Source: Paraspadella gotoi
Lineage: Eukaryota > Animalia > Chaetognatha
Direction of reading: 5' to 3'
Assembly (NCBI GenBank): GCA_051294375.1
Contig: CM119265.1
Span: 29,350,540-29,414,539, forward strand
DNA: 64,000 bases
Shown in pieces: positions 14,117 to 27,714 of the stretch (its first letter is position 1; each line of letters starts with the position of its first letter). Position numbers and translations under genes: made by a program. The notes beneath the pieces are model-generated. The model saw only the letters and a program-made list of their open reading frames with translations, did not search any database and had not been told where the DNA came from.

Positions 14117-14364
14117 ACAAAGAAAAAAAGCAAAAGGCTTAAAAAAATGGAAAGGGGCGAATGATCCGATTTGCAATAGACTCACGAATGAAGGATGCAA
14201 GAGAAGGAGAGTGGGAAATGGGCGACTGGAAAGTGGGTGAATGGAAAATGGGCGACTGGAAAATAAGCTACTGGAAATAGCTGATTAGAAAATAGGCAAC
14301 TGGAAAATTGGCGACTTGCAAATGAACGACGAAAAGTGGATGAATGGAAATGGGCAACTGGAGG

Positions 14365-15455
14365 GCATGAGGGTTTGCCACTACCCCAAGGCGGCTTACG
14401 GCCGTCCTCACTCCTCCCGCAGGGTAGGTACCGGGTTGGGATTGAACCCGGTNNNNNNNNNNNNNNNNNNNNNNNNNNNNNNNNNNNNNNNNNNNNNNNN
14501 NNNNNNNNNNNNNNNNNNNNNNNNNNNNNNNNNNNNNNNNNNNNNNNNNNNNNNNNNNNNNNNNNNNNNNNNNNNNNNNNNNNNNNNNNNNNNNNNNNNN
14601 NNNNNNNNNNNNNNNNNNNNNNNNNNNNNNNNNNNNNNNNNNNNNNNNNNNNNNNNNNNNNNNNNNNNNNNNNNNNNNNNNNNNNNNNNNNNNNNNNNNN
14701 NNNNNNNNNNNNNNNNNNNNNNNNNNNNNNNNNNNNNNNNNNNNNNNNNNNNNNNNNNNNNNNNNNNNNNNNNNNNNNNNNNNNNNNNNNNNNNNNNNNN
14801 NNNNNNNNNNNNNNNNNNNNNNNNNNNNNNNNNNNNNNNNNNNNNNNNNNNNNNNNNNNNNNNNNNNNNNNNNNNNNNNNNNNNNNNNNNNNNNNNNNNN
14901 NNNNNNNNNNNNNNNNNNNNNNNNNNNNNNNNNNNNNNNNNNNNNNNNNNNNNNNNNNNNNNNNNNNNNNNNNNNNNNNNNNNNNNNNNNNNNNNNNNNN
15001 NNNNNNNNNNNNNNNNNNNNNNNNNNNNNNNNNNNNNNNNNNNNNNNNNNNNNNNNNNNNNNNNNNNNNNNNNNNNNNNNNNNNNNNNNNNNNNNNNNNN
15101 NNNNNNNNNNNNNNNNNNNNNNNNNNNNNNNNNNNNNNNNNNNNNNNNNNNNNNNNNNNNNNNNNNNNNNNNNNNNNNNNNNNNNNNNNNNNNNNNNNNN
15201 NNNNNNNNNNNNNNNNNNNNNNNNNNNNNNNNNNNNNNNNNNNNNNNNNNNNNNNNNNNNNNNNNNNNNNNNNNNNNNNNNNNNNNNNNNNNNNNNNNNN
15301 NNNNNNNNNNNNNNNNNNNNNNNNNNNNNNNNNNNNNNNNNNNNNNNNNNNNNNNNNNNNNNNNNNNGGCTTTACTCAATGAGCCACCGGGTCACAACTG
15401 AAAGAGGCTTGCTTATAGGCGGGGTGAACCTAGGCAATTCCCGACTACAGTTCTG
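14365..15455 (-). mobile_element. tRNA-derived SINE-like element interrupted by an N gap
   Basis: On the minus strand, 15369-15455 gives ...cccgcctataagc...tggctcattgagtaaagc (A-box-like) and 14365-14452 gives ccgggttcaatccc (B-box). Both halves match copies at 37940-38275 and 58560-58762. Confidence 0.6.
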
Positions 15456-16046
15456 CAAAAATTAAAAAAAAATTGTTCTAATAATAATGTATCAATAAAT
15501 AAATATAACATGAATTAATGAATAATTCCTGGAATGTTGTTGAATAGAAACAGAAATAGCTTCCTTTTCAACTGAAGAGTCGTTTTCATTTGAAGACATT
15601 TTCCTTGAATTCTTAAAATCATTTAAATCCTCTGTAGATGTCACCAAACAGTCTTCTCACTGGCTTTCTACTCTCTTATTTTTAGTTGCAATGCAGCGCT
15701 TTTCAAAGATATACGGAAATATACGGGATAAGAAAGTCACTGCGGCAAAACACTCATTGGAATTTCCTTTCTTTTTTTATTCTTTAACTTCTTATCTCTC
15801 AGATTCCATCCTTTACCCCTAATTTCTTTCATTCCTCTGCTCCTCCCTTACTCCTTACTCTTTCACAAACTCGAATTGAAGATTTTTTTCAAAATTTGAA
15901 TCTCCGCCCACAAATACCGCCCACAACCTCTCTCTCTCTCTCTCNNNNNNNNNNTCTTTACTTTCTCTCTCTCATAAAATATTCTTTTGTTTATCACTAA
16001 CCCTAGTAAATACTAACCTATCCCTCTCCCTTTTGTTTCCTCACAG

Positions 16047-16190
16047 AGAATGGCCGGAATACAACGTGACATGCGATGTTCACGCAAATCCAACTCCTCC
16101 ACTTAAAAACATGAGTTGGAGCATAAGACATGGAGAGAGAACTCACTTCAGAGGTCAACCTTTCTCTCTTGACAACGGTGATTCGTACGG
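16047..16190 (+). CDS. IgSF exon (EWPEYNVTCDVHANPTPPLKNMSWSIRHGERTHFRGQPFSLDNGDSYG)
   Basis: Acceptor ttttgtttcctcacag, donor gg|gtgagt, phase 2->2 and in frame with 7095-7237. V-T-C-x-V-x-A-N-P...W is an Ig B/C-strand motif. Confidence 0.85.
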
Positions 16191-16318
16191 GTGAGTATTA
16201 TTTGAAAATTGGAGGAAAAATAAGGATCATTGGGAACATTTTTGTTTTTTCTTCTTCAAATTGAAAAAAGAAATTATTTCATGGCACCAGGCATCGCATC
16301 AAACTACATGGAGCAGCA

Positions 16319-16392
<74 letters not shown>

Positions 16393-16507
16393 AAGGGATC
16401 CCATAGAACACCATAGAGCAGCTCCGAGGCCCGAGATGCGCCACGGTGCAACAAGAACCCCTTGAGACTAACTTCTCTCTTATCTCTACCGTTTTTCCCT
16501 TTGAGCG

Positions 16508-16627
<120 letters not shown>

Positions 16628-16694
16628 CTCTCTCTCACTCTTTATTTCCTATTTTCTTTTTTACATTATTTTTTTACCTTGACTTTCCTTTTAT

Positions 16695-16749
<55 letters not shown>

Positions 16750-16984
16750 TCACTTTTGGACAAACTATAGAAAGTGCGATTTCGCTGATTAGAAAAGAGA
16801 AGAATTTCCTCTTACAATCAGAGTTTGACCTCAGACTCACGATTCTGTCAGACCTTTTTCTCACAGCCTCACTTTAACCTCAGCGACGCCTCCCAAAGAC
16901 ACTTTTAAAACATCTTTAGAAACTTCGTAAGAAACATCAGAATTGAAACATTGAAAAATCTTAAACATCCCTTTATTTTTCCTT

Positions 16985-18045
16985 GTTTCCTTTCCTTCTC
17001 CAACCTATCTCCCCCTCTTCTTTCTCTTTCCTCCCTTTCCTTTCTTTTTCCTCCCTTTCCTTTCTCTTTCTTCCCTTTGCTTTCTCTTTTCTCCCTTTCC
17101 TTTCTCTTTCCTTCCTTTTATTTCTCTTTCCTACCTTTTTTTTCTTTACTCCCTTTTCTTTCTCTTTCCTTTCTTTCCTTTCTCTTTTTTCCCTTTCCTT
17201 TCTCTTTTTTCCCTTTCCTTTCTCTTTTTTCCCTTCCTTTCTTTTTCCTCCTTTTCCGTTCTCTTTCCCAAGTATACCGTCAGAATAAAAGCCTTCCCTC
17301 TGTCGAGTGACTTGGGGCGACGCCGGGGGGTCATACCGAGGGATTGCCTCTGGGAGTGGGCAAAAACTATATATGTACCGAGGTGTGCTCCCAAGGGGGA
17401 TAGTTTTTTTTAGCCTCTTGGCAGATCCCCTTGGGGTGCAAAAAAATGCCTTCCCAAGGGGTCACCTCTTGGCATGAGAAAATTTTTACCGCTTGGGGTG
17501 GTCTTCCTATTGCAGCAAACGTTTCTTTCCTCCCTTTCCTTTCTCTTTTCTTCCTTTCCTTTTTTTTTCCTCCCTTTCCTTTCTCTTTCCTCACTTTCCT
17601 TTTTCTTTGATCCCTCTCCTTTCTAATTCTTTCCTTTTCTCTTCTCTTTCCTGCCTTTCCTTTCTCTATTCTCATTTTCCTTTCTCTTTCTTTCCTTTCC
17701 TTCTTCTTTCCTCCCTTTCCTTTCATTTTCCTCCCTTTTTTCTTTTCTCTCTTTTCTTTTTTTTTCTCCATTTTCTTTTTTTTTCCTCCCTTTCCTTTTT
17801 ATTTTTTAACTTTTCTCGTTCATTTCCTCCCTTTCCTTTCACTTTCCTCCTTTCCTTTTTCTTTCCTCATTTTCCTTTCTCTTTTTTTCCTTTTCATTTT
17901 CTTTCCTCTCTTTCCTTTCTATTTCTTTCATTTTTTTTTCTCTTTCCTCCCTTTCCTTTCACTTTCCTCCCTTTCCTTTTTTATTTTCTCCACTTCCTTT
18001 TTCTTTCCTCTCTTTTTTTCTATTTCTTTCCTTTCCTCCTCTCTT
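16985..18045. repeat. polypyrimidine ~21-bp degenerate repeat (tttcctccctttcctttctct), interrupted by a unique ~240-bp segment at 17280-17520
   Basis: Directly visible. Confidence 0.85.
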
Positions 18046-18439
18046 TAAACTCAACCTGGTGGAAAAAGAAAAATCATTCGTCATTACGTTTTTACCAAAA
18101 CACCTCATTTAAATAAAGCGCCCATTTCTTGGTGGCGCGGTTGTCGTCGTCGTCTTCGTCGTCATCATCGTCGTCAAAACTCCATCTACGAAAGGCCAAA
18201 CGAATAGGATTGGTTCTCGCAGCCGTAAATGCGCTCAGCCTTCTTAATGGATGCAATCAGCAGACAAACAGGAGAGCAGTCGGAAAGAGAGGTTGCGCTC
18301 AGCTGAGGTCTTACCTTGCAAGCAATGCAATGCAATTGTTCATTAAATATACATCTAACATTATGTTTTTCTCGAGTCCTTTTCTTTTCTAATCCTCTTG
18401 TACCTCTCTTTTTTCCCCTCCCTCTCTTTTTTTCCACAG

Positions 18440-18635
18440 TGACTACCCTCGATCTTTCAACCCCGTTCATACTCCACGACATCCTCACTCCTCCTCCTCC
18501 TCCTCCTCCTCCTCCTCCTCATTCAACGACAAACAAATGAAATTGCGGCGAATTACATCCGGGTTTCAAATCATCATCCCGATCGGGAAGGACGAACTCA
18601 CGATGGAAAACCCTGTGGCTACAGTCACTCTAATG
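18440..18635 (+). CDS. IgSF exon with poly-Ser insert (DYPRSFNPVHTPRHPHS(11)FNDKQMKLRRITSGFQIIIPIGKDELTMENPVATVTLM)
   Basis: Acceptor ctcttttttttccacag, donor atg|gtgagt, phase 2->0; joins the flanking exons in frame without stops. Confidence 0.75.
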
Positions 18636-18991
18636 GTGAGTCTCTTTTTTTTGCTTATTTGTCCTTTTTATTGTGACTTTGTCTTTGTTTCTTGGGAGAT
18701 TGTCCTTGTGACGTTGCTTTGTCCTTAATTTCATTTGCATTTTGGTTGTTATTAGAAACATTTTATTTACTTTTTTAATCTAATTTTAGACATTTTATTT
18801 ATTATTTCTTTTTTTCTTTCTTTCTTTATTTTTTTAATCTTATTTTATTAAATTTTATAATAAACATTTTATTAAATTTAGTTTCTTTTTTGTATTTTTC
18901 ACAGTACAGTTTATTTCCTTCTTTTTTGTCACTTGTGAAAACGACAATACTTTATATTCCAATCTCGTTTTTATTCATTCCAATGCATCTC

Positions 18992-19024
<33 letters not shown>

Positions 19025-19129
19025 TCTCTGTGTCTCATCTCTCTCTTTTCTCACTCAATAAAAAAGAAAGAGGTTGAGTCAAAAGTCATAAGTATTGAGG
19101 AGAGATGAGAAGATATTGACTTGAAATGA

Positions 19130-19168
<39 letters not shown>

Positions 19169-19519
19169 CTCTCTCGCCTCTTTTCATTTCTTCCTAATCT
19201 TTCCAATTTTTTTCTTTTTATTTCTTTCTTTTTCTCCTTTTCTTTCAATATCATCATGTCCTTTTTTTCTTCTTTTACAATCTCCTTTTCTCTCTTTTTT
19301 CAATATCTCCATTTTTTACCTTTCTTATTAGTGGCCTTTTATTACTTAAGGTTTTAAAATAAAAAGGAATCGTATTTATAACATGCATTCTCAAGGAAGA
19401 TTTAATAATAGTAGTAATTGTATTAGTTTAATCTCGTTAATGTTAGTTCGTCAAGGGAAAGAGAGTGAAGGGCAGAGAAGCGTTTCTTATTATCTTGTCG
19501 AAACGATTTGTTTCGTTGC

Positions 19520-19599
<80 letters not shown>

Positions 19600-20735
19600 C
19601 TTTAATAAGGCCTAATTATGTGGCCATTCCCTCCCCTCATCTTTCCTCAATATCTTTCCTACAGAAATGAGTCTCATTTAAACGTCTCACTCTCTCCTCT
19701 CCTCTCTCTCTCTCTCTCTCTCTGCTTAGCAGTTAATTTTTTATCCGTTTTTTATTTGTAAAGATAAAAAAAATGTTTTTGTTTATTTGAAATAACTAAT
19801 GCTTTAGTTAATTAATTAATATCGCAATAGCAATATATTCATAGTTCTTTAAAAAAAAATCTTAGTTTTTGTAAATCGCTTTAGCCATTTACTTACCCCC
19901 TGAAAATTTTTTTCTTCCATTTTTCCAATTTTGTTTTCCAATTTTTTTTTCCATTTTCTTTGTAACTTTTTCTACCTACTATATAGATTTGTCTCTTACT
20001 TTTTCTACTATGAGCATTTTCCCTTTACTTTCTATAGAAATTTGCTCTTCTGTCTGCACCCACTAGATTTTCACTTGCATTGCTTTACACAAAATAGCAA
20101 ATTTTTGATTGTTTTGGTCTTAATAAACCAGATGGCTCCACAAATAAAAGAGCGTTTTTAAAACAAAATAGCAATGAAATTTAGTTTTAGTATATCTTTT
20201 CTGAAACAAAAGAACAGTCTTATTAAATCTTCTTTGTATTTTCACCCTTTTTTACTAGAGGGCTTTACAAAACAGGAGGCCTTTTGTAAGACAAAGGAAC
20301 ATTCAAAAATTTTTATCTGCACCCACTAGATCTTCACTTGCACCTGCTCTTCAACAAAATAGCAAGTGTTTTTTTCGATTTTTTTATTGTAAATATTTTT
20401 TAAAAAAATTTTTTTTTATATTTTTGAAAAATATAAAAATATGCAAAATTACCTGTTTTACTATTTTCTTGTTGCTTGCATTGTCAATGGCCTTCTTTCG
20501 CTGCATGCGACATAATCTTAAAAGTATAATGATCTCGCCAGACCTTACTATCAAAAAAATTAATAAAAAGTATTATGATCTAATTTGCATATTGCAGTAA
20601 ATCATGATTAAATGGAAATTTAAACAAAAAAATATTTGAATCAATATTAAACGAAGAAAATGGACACACATTTTAACTTCCTTACTGCCTCACTAATGAA
20701 ACTTGATAACTAGATAGTTGAAAGTTAAAAGAATG

Positions 20736-21700
20736 CTGCAAGTTGAAAAAATTATGCAAGTTGAAAAAATTATGCAAGTTAAAAAAAGTATGCAAGTTGA
20801 AAAAATTATGCAAGTTGAAAATATTATGCAATAGGGCGGAATAAAGTAAAAACTAAGAGTTCTGTAATATAAATAACATTAGAGCATCCCTGTGGGATGA
20901 CGAAATTAAAAAAAATTAAGATTTTATATATAGTTATTAACATAGAAGTATTTAAAGTTTATTGTATTACTATAAATCATGAAAAATGTTTTTTTCAAAA
21001 TCAGAATTTTTAAAAACGGATTCGGGTAGAGATTGCAAAAATAAATAAAAAATATTACTACAAGATTTCCATTTTTTTTGTTTTATTGCTTAAAATTAGC
21101 AAAAACTATAAAAATTATGGTACGATGATGATGATGATGATTTTAAAAAGTTTTTCCATTATTTGACCCACTTATCATCAAAATATTTAAAAACGCATTA
21201 TACTTTGTGCAGACAACTTTTTATGGGCTATCTGAATCCGTTCTTAAAAAATAAAATTTTCAGAAAATTTTTTTTTATTGCCTATGCATTGATAAATATT
21301 TAAATGCTTTAATGTTATACAGTGCTTCACGAGTTAAAAAAATGATATTAAATATTGATTAAGTATATGATGGACAAATTAATTTTATATTACAGAACTC
21401 TCAATTTTGGCCTGCCTTATTATGCAAGTTAAAAAAATTATGCAAGATAAAAAAAGTATACAAGTTAAAAAAATTATGCAAATTGAAAAAATTATGCAAG
21501 TTGAAAAAATTATGCAAGATAAAAAAATTATGCAATTTGAAAAAATTATGCAAGTTAAAATAATGATACAAGTTGAAAAAACGATACAAGTTAAAAAAAT
21601 GATGCAAGCTAAAAAAATAATGCAAGCTAAAAAATTGATACATGCTGAAAAATAATACAGGTTGAAAAAATGAAAAAGTTAAAAATGATGCAAATTTAAA
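20736..21700. repeat. 18-bp minisatellite (tgcaagttgaaaaaatta) split by a MITE insertion
   Basis: Copies at 20736-20831 and 21420-21700. Confidence 0.9.
20832..21419. mobile_element. palindromic MITE-like element (~590 bp), family copy 2
   Basis: Sub-terminal 18-bp inverted match agagttctgtaatataaa; inner inverted match aacggattc(21017)/gaatccgtt(21234); cleanly interrupts the 18-bp tandem array; no ORF. Confidence 0.75.
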
Positions 21701-21859
21701 AAAATATTATTATTTTCGCAGTAACAGTTCAGTTTAAGACTTTGAAAGCGATTTACATGTATTGGCGCAGCCACTGGTTTATTTGATTCATTGAAAATTG
21801 AATGCGACATTTAAGGTTCATCAAGAATCTTTCCCCCATCGCTTATATTTTCCATCTCC

Positions 21860-22105
21860 CGACTGAATCTTCCTCTTTTTACTGAATCTTCCCCTTCCTT
21901 CTTAATTTTTTCCTTTCTCCTAATTTTTTCCTTCTGAATCTTCTCCTTTCTCTCTGAATCTTCCCCTCCCTCACCCTCTCTGAATCTTTCTCTTCCCCTC
22001 CATCTCCCTCTCTGAATCTTCCCCTCCCTCTCCCTGTCTGAATCTTCCCCTTCCACACCCTCTCTGAATCTTTCCCTTCGCCTCCCTCTCCCTGTCTGAA
22101 TGTCC
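21860..22105. repeat. degenerate ~30-bp repeat with ctgaatctt core
   Basis: Directly visible. Confidence 0.75.
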
Positions 22106-22182
22106 CTCGCAAACAGAACCACGAGTTGTTTTTCTTGACTTTTGACCTCAAAATCGATTTTTCACTCGTTTCTCAGGTTCGA

Positions 22183-22668
22183 CCCTCTAGAGGCCGCCAC
22201 GGTCCTCTCGAGGCCGCCGAAGTCCTTTAGAGACCGCCACGGTCCTCTAGAGGACGCCAAAGACCTTTAGAGGCCGCCAGGGTCCTCTCGAGCCTGCAAC
22301 GGTCTTTTAGAGACAGCCACGGTTCCGAGGTCCTCTCGCGGTGACGAGGTCTTCTCGCGATGACGAGGTCCTCTCGCGGTGCCGTGGTCTTCTCATGGTG
22401 CCGAGGTCTTCTCCCGATGACGATGTCCTCTCGCGGTGCCAAGGTCTTCTCGCGGTGCCAAGGTCTTCTCCCGGTGCCGAGGTCTTCTCGCGATGATGAG
22501 GTCTTCTCACGGTGCCGAGGTCTTCTCGCAATGACGAGGTCCTCTTGCAGTGCCGAGGTCTTCTCGCGGTGCTGAGGTCTTCTCCCGGTTTCAAGGTCTT
22601 CTCGCGATTACGAGGTCTTCTCCCGGTGCCGAGGTCTTCTCGCGATGACGAGGTCTTCTCGCGGTGAA
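22183..22668. repeat. GC-rich compound minisatellite: 20-bp unit (ggtcctctcgaggccgccac) followed by 19-bp unit (cgaggtcttctcgcggtgc)
   Basis: Directly visible; the 19-aa periodicity in the spurious ORFs equals 3x19 nt. Confidence 0.9.
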
Positions 22669-22911
22669 AAGGCTGTTTTCATGCATTCGAAAGTCGTTTT
22701 GACACAAAACCCGATTTGATTGGTGCAGTGGCGACGCGTGACGTAATATACGTGACATTAGGCGCTAAAAGTCACTTCATGACGTCAAATATATTATTTT
22801 TGAGACTCGTGACGTCAATGGTTGCAGACTCTATTGACGTGTCGCAGTTGCAGCATTTACAGCATCTGAAGACGAAAGGGCTTAGACTTCAGCATTTACA
22901 GCAATTGAATC

Positions 22912-23058
22912 CGCCCGACGCCGCCTAACGCCGCCCGATGCCGCCCAACGCCGCCCGACGCCGCCTGACGCAGCCCGACGCCGCCCGATGCCGCCCAACG
23001 CCGCCTGACGCCGCCCGACGCGGCCCGACGCCGCCCGACGCCGCCTAACGCAGCCCGA
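22912..23058. repeat. 10-bp GC-rich repeat (cgccgcccga)n, ~14 copies
   Basis: Directly visible. Confidence 0.9.
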
Positions 23059-23829
23059 AACTAACTTCGCCTGGCGATTAAGACGTCGCGATTTAAGGAA
23101 ACGAGCAACAAAATACGAAACACACGATGGTAAACAACGTCAACTGTAACCATAGCAACGAAGATGACGACGACGACGACGACGACGCCCAGAATTCCGG
23201 CCTCGAATCTCCTCAACCGACGTCAAGAAATGAGTTTCGCAATTTGCAGTCGGTTACGGCGGCGGCGGCGGCGGCTGAGGCGGCTGAGGCGGCGGCGGCG
23301 CTTATTTCCCCCTTTTTACTTAGAGAAGCCACAGGTGAAGATTCTTATGGCTTTTCTCGGAAATGTTTGGCTGCAATTTTCGGGAACGCTCTCCCTCTCT
23401 CTCTGTCTCTCTCCTGCTTTCCCTATTTCAGTAAAATACTTATGTTAAACAATTAGTTACAAATAAATAAACAAATCCTGGAAAATTGTATTAAAATATT
23501 TCTCTCTCCTTTCTAATCTCTTTCCCTCTCTTCTCTAATCTCTCTCTCCCTCCTCTACAATCTCTCTTTACCTATTCTCTAATCTCTTTCCCCCGATTAT
23601 TTCTTTCTTCCTCTTTTCTCATTGTGCTTCCACTCTTCTCTAATCTTTTTCCCTCTCTCCTCTAATCTATTTCCCTCTCTTCTCTTATCTCTCTCCCACT
23701 CTTCTCTAATCTCTTTCCCTCCTCCTTTCTCATCTTCTCTGCTCAAACTGAGTCAGGACTCCAGAGTCCATAACCCGTTTAGCGTCGGAGAGAAGAACCG
23801 CCTTTTTGCGTCGCGGGACTTTAAGAGTA

Positions 23830-24520
23830 AACAAGAGAAGAAAAAGAGGGGAAAGAGAGGAAGAGAGAGATGAGGGGAAAAGAGAAGAAAAGGAGGGGAA
23901 AGAGAGGAAAAGAGAGATGAGGGGAAAAGATAAGAAAAAAAGGGAAAGAGAGGAAGAGAGAGATTGAGGGGAAAAGAGAAGAAAAAGAGGGGAAAGAGAG
24001 GAAGAGAGAGATGAGGGGAAAGAGAAGAAAAAAAGAAGAAATAGAGGAAAAGAGAGATGAGGGAAAAGAGAAGAAAAGAAGGGAAATAGAGGAAAAGAGA
24101 GATGAGGGGAAAAGAGAAGAAAAGGAGGGAAAGAGAGGGAAGAGAGAGATGAGGGGGAATAGAGAAGAAAAGGAGGGAAGAGAGGAAAAGAGAGATGAGG
24201 GAAAAAGAGAAGAAAAAAGAGGGGAAAGAGAGGAAGAGAGAGATGAGGGGAAAAGAGAAGAAAAGGAGGGGAAAATGAGGAGAGAGAGAGAGAGATGAGG
24301 GAAAAGAGAAGAAAAAGAAGGGAAATAGAATGGAAAAGAGAGATTAGGGAAAAAGAAGAAAAGAAGGAAATAGAGGAAAAGAGAGATGAGGGGAAAAGAG
24401 AAGAAAAAGAAGGGAATAGAGAAAAGAGAGATGAGGGGAAAAAGAGAAGAAAAGGAGGGGAAAGAGAGGAAAAGAGAAGGAGAGGAAAGAGAAGAAAAGG
24501 AAAGAAAAGAAGAGAGATTT
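23830..24520. repeat. polypurine ~40-45-bp degenerate repeat (agagagatgaggggaaaagagaagaaaa...)
   Basis: Directly visible. Confidence 0.85.
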
Positions 24521-24986
24521 TGTAGAAAAAGAAAAAAATAAAGATAAAATAAAGAAAAAAAAAATAATTTTTTTTGGAGGAAAAAGAAATAAAATTTCTT
24601 TTTTTAAAAATGAAAATTGTTCAGAAAAAAGAAATATTTAAGTCAGTCGGCTAATATTTTTTTTTTTTTTTTTTTTTGAAAATTTAAAAGCTTTTGATAT
24701 ACATTTTAATGAAAAATACAGAAAAAAAGAGAAATGATCTAATTGGTAAATGTTCTTTCGTTCAATTATCAAAAAAATTTTGCTAAAGCTGTTTAAACTT
24801 TTGAATCAGTTAAAATACTTTTTTTCAAATTGAAATAAAGTTAACTCGTTCTCTTATTCTCAAATTAAAACTTTTCCCAGACTGTTTCCTTCTCTATCTC
24901 TCTTCCTCCTCTTCGGCGAGAAAAAGCTCATGTCCACCCAATTTTGTTTTTGTTGTTTACTCCATTTTGCAGGCGAGAAAAAAAAG

Positions 24987-25046
<60 letters not shown>

Positions 25047-25148
25047 GAGAGAGAGAGCAGTGTTGCGGTTTTTTCTCCGAGGCGGAACCAGTTTAGTGAG
25101 TTAGCGACTCAAGTTGAATGAGATCTTGTCTTGTTTTGTCGGGAAAAT

Positions 25149-25227
<79 letters not shown>

Positions 25228-25469
25228 CTGCAAAGAAAGAGAAAGATTGAGAAAGAGAGAAAGAAAGAAAAAGGATTGCGTCAATTTTTCTCGAGACAAA
25301 AAAAGAAAAACATATTTCTGTGCGAATTGTAATTGTTAGTCTGTTCGTTAAAACTATATACTACTATATTTTGTGTTATTTAATAAGTATAATAGTATTT
25401 AGATACTAGTGCGGATCTAATACTTAAAGAGAAACATTCTTTGAAATATTTTTTAACTTCATTCCTAAG

Positions 25470-25652
25470 AAAGCCCGGTACTCTGGGAGTGAATAAAGAG
25501 ACTGTGGGATAGTCTTGATTGAAAACTTGAAGGGACCTGCTATCTCTTTATTTTGATGGAGGCCTGAAACCACCAAAGCTTGTCCAAAGTCAGGGGGAAG
25601 ATAGCTTGTTTATTAAATTAATGGATAATTTTTATATTGGTTGTACCAATTA
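25470..25652 (-). repeat. dispersed repeat, reverse complement of 31950-32125 (partial third copy 32213-32315)
   Basis: Shared blocks ggacagactttggtggtttaaggcctc, caagctttcaatcaagact and tttattcactccc; class unknown. Confidence 0.7.
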
Positions 25653-26695
25653 ATATGACTAGTTCAAACTAAGACTACCTAAAACATAACTTGTTGAGAG
25701 CATCTTGTAAATGGCAGATAAGAAAGAAGAGGTTCTATTTTTTTCTCTCTTTCCACTTTCTTTTTCTCTTTCTCTCTTTCCACTTTCTCTTGCTAATTGG
25801 ATTTCATCGTAAGAAATATGAGCCAAGGGTTGTGTCCCGTTTTCCTTCGCCTAAGGAAACTTGGAAAATGGCATTTTTCCTCGAGGTAATGGCATTTGCC
25901 ATCGAGGTGAAGGCAAACAAGGCAAAAGAGCAAAGGTGCCATCAAGCTCAACAAAGAGAGAAAGAACAAAAGTGCTATTTTACAACTATGAATATAATAG
26001 TGGCCAAAACTGAATCTATGCCAATTGCGTTTAATCTTTAATTATTTTATTGATTATGGATTATCCAGTTAAAATAACTATAATATTCGATCCGTATTAT
26101 AACGTTTTTTTTTCTATTCTTCTTCTATTCCCGTTTTTTTCTTTGTATAATCTCAATTCTTCTATTCTCTTCTAATCTCTCATTTCTGGAGTTCTATTCT
26201 TTTTTTCCTCTGTTCTCTTTTCCTCTATTCTATTCTTTCTCTATTCTTTTCTTTCTAATCTTCTTCTACTTTTTTGCTCTTCTGTTCCCCTCTATACTCT
26301 TTTATTTTTATTCTTCCTATATTCTATATTTTTTATTCTCTTATATTATCTTTTTTCTATTCTTCTTCTACACTTCTATTATTTTCTATTGCCCTATATT
26401 TTGTTTCTTCTAATCTTTTTTATTCCTTTTTATTCTCTTCTATTCTATTTTATTCTTCTATTATTCTGTTCTCTTCTTTCCAAATTTCTTTTATCTGTCT
26501 TATTTTATAATTGTCTTTCTTTTCTTCTTTTATTTTCTATTCTTCTACTCTCTTTTTTTCTTTGTCTATTCTATTTTCTTCTAATTTCTATTATTATTCT
26601 TCTATTGTCAGCTCCTTTTCTGCTGAAGACTTTTCTTACTTTTTCAATCTCCTCGCGTTTTTTCTCATGTTTTTTCTTAAACGTTTCCTTTCTCT

Positions 26696-26747
<52 letters not shown>

Positions 26748-26975
26748 TTCTTTCTTTTCCTCACATTTTGGAATTTTCTCAAATTCTCGTCTCAAAACGC
26801 GAAACCGAGCATCCGTCGTAACCAGTCTCTCTCTCTGTCTCTCTCTTTCTCTTTCTCTATCTCTCTCTCGCTCGCTCTCTCTTGCTCACTCTCTCTCTCT
26901 CTTTGGTGAAAAGATTAAATTAGCCTTTATGGAAGAGTCTTTTGAAAATTTAAATTATCTTCCACCAAAATTTTA

Positions 26976-27222
26976 AATTCTCTCTCAAACCTTCAATTTT
27001 CAATTCTCTCTCAAACCTTCAATTTTCAATTCTCTCTCAAACTTTCAATTTTTAATTCTCTCTCAAACTTTCAATTTTCAATTCTCTCTCAAACCTTCAA
27101 TTTTCAATTCTCTCTCAAACTTTCAATTTTCAATTCTCTCTCAAACCTTCAATTTTCAATTCTCTCTCAAACCTTCAATTTTCAATTCTCTCTCAAACCT
27201 TCAATTTTCAATTCTCTCTCAA
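26976..27222. repeat. 26-bp minisatellite (aattctctctcaaaccttcaattttc), ~9.5 near-perfect copies
   Basis: Directly visible. Confidence 0.95.
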
Positions 27223-27422
27223 AGATTCAACACCAATTTTTTTTTAAATTTTCGTTTTTTTCCAGAATTCAATTTTAATCTTAATATTTAATCTAAATAC
27301 GTTTTGAAACCTTTAAATCAATACCTAACTGTGATCCCTGAACCTTAAACACTAATTTTTAAATTAACCTCTAAACCTAAATGATAATCTCAAACCCTAA
27401 TCCCAAACTAAATCCCTCACCT

Positions 27423-27545
27423 TAATCACTAACCTAATCTTTAAATCACTAACCAAACATTGAAATCACTAACCTAATCTTTAAATCACTAACCAAACAT
27501 TTAAATCACTAACCTAATCTTTAAATCACTAACTTAATCTTTAAA
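27423..27545. repeat. 20-bp repeat (aaatcactaacctaatcttt)
   Basis: Directly visible. Confidence 0.85.
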
Positions 27546-27680
27546 TAAAAAAATCTAATTCAGAATTATAATTTCCTAACATTTTTTTATTTTCTTACAT
27601 TTTCTGTCTCCTAACTCTTTCTATCTCCCGTCTCCGATTTATATGACTCCTCTGTTACCAAGGAAACCCGGTCCTTAAAA

Positions 27681-27714
<34 letters not shown>

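Noticed and set aside
14316-15401. 300+ aa ORFs here and at 40225-41383
   Set aside because: They consist almost entirely of N gap.
26976-27222. CRISPR-like regular repeats (also 29986-30112, 12590-13285, 36279-36430)
   Set aside because: Head-to-tail tandem units with no unique spacers, no cas genes and a eukaryotic context.
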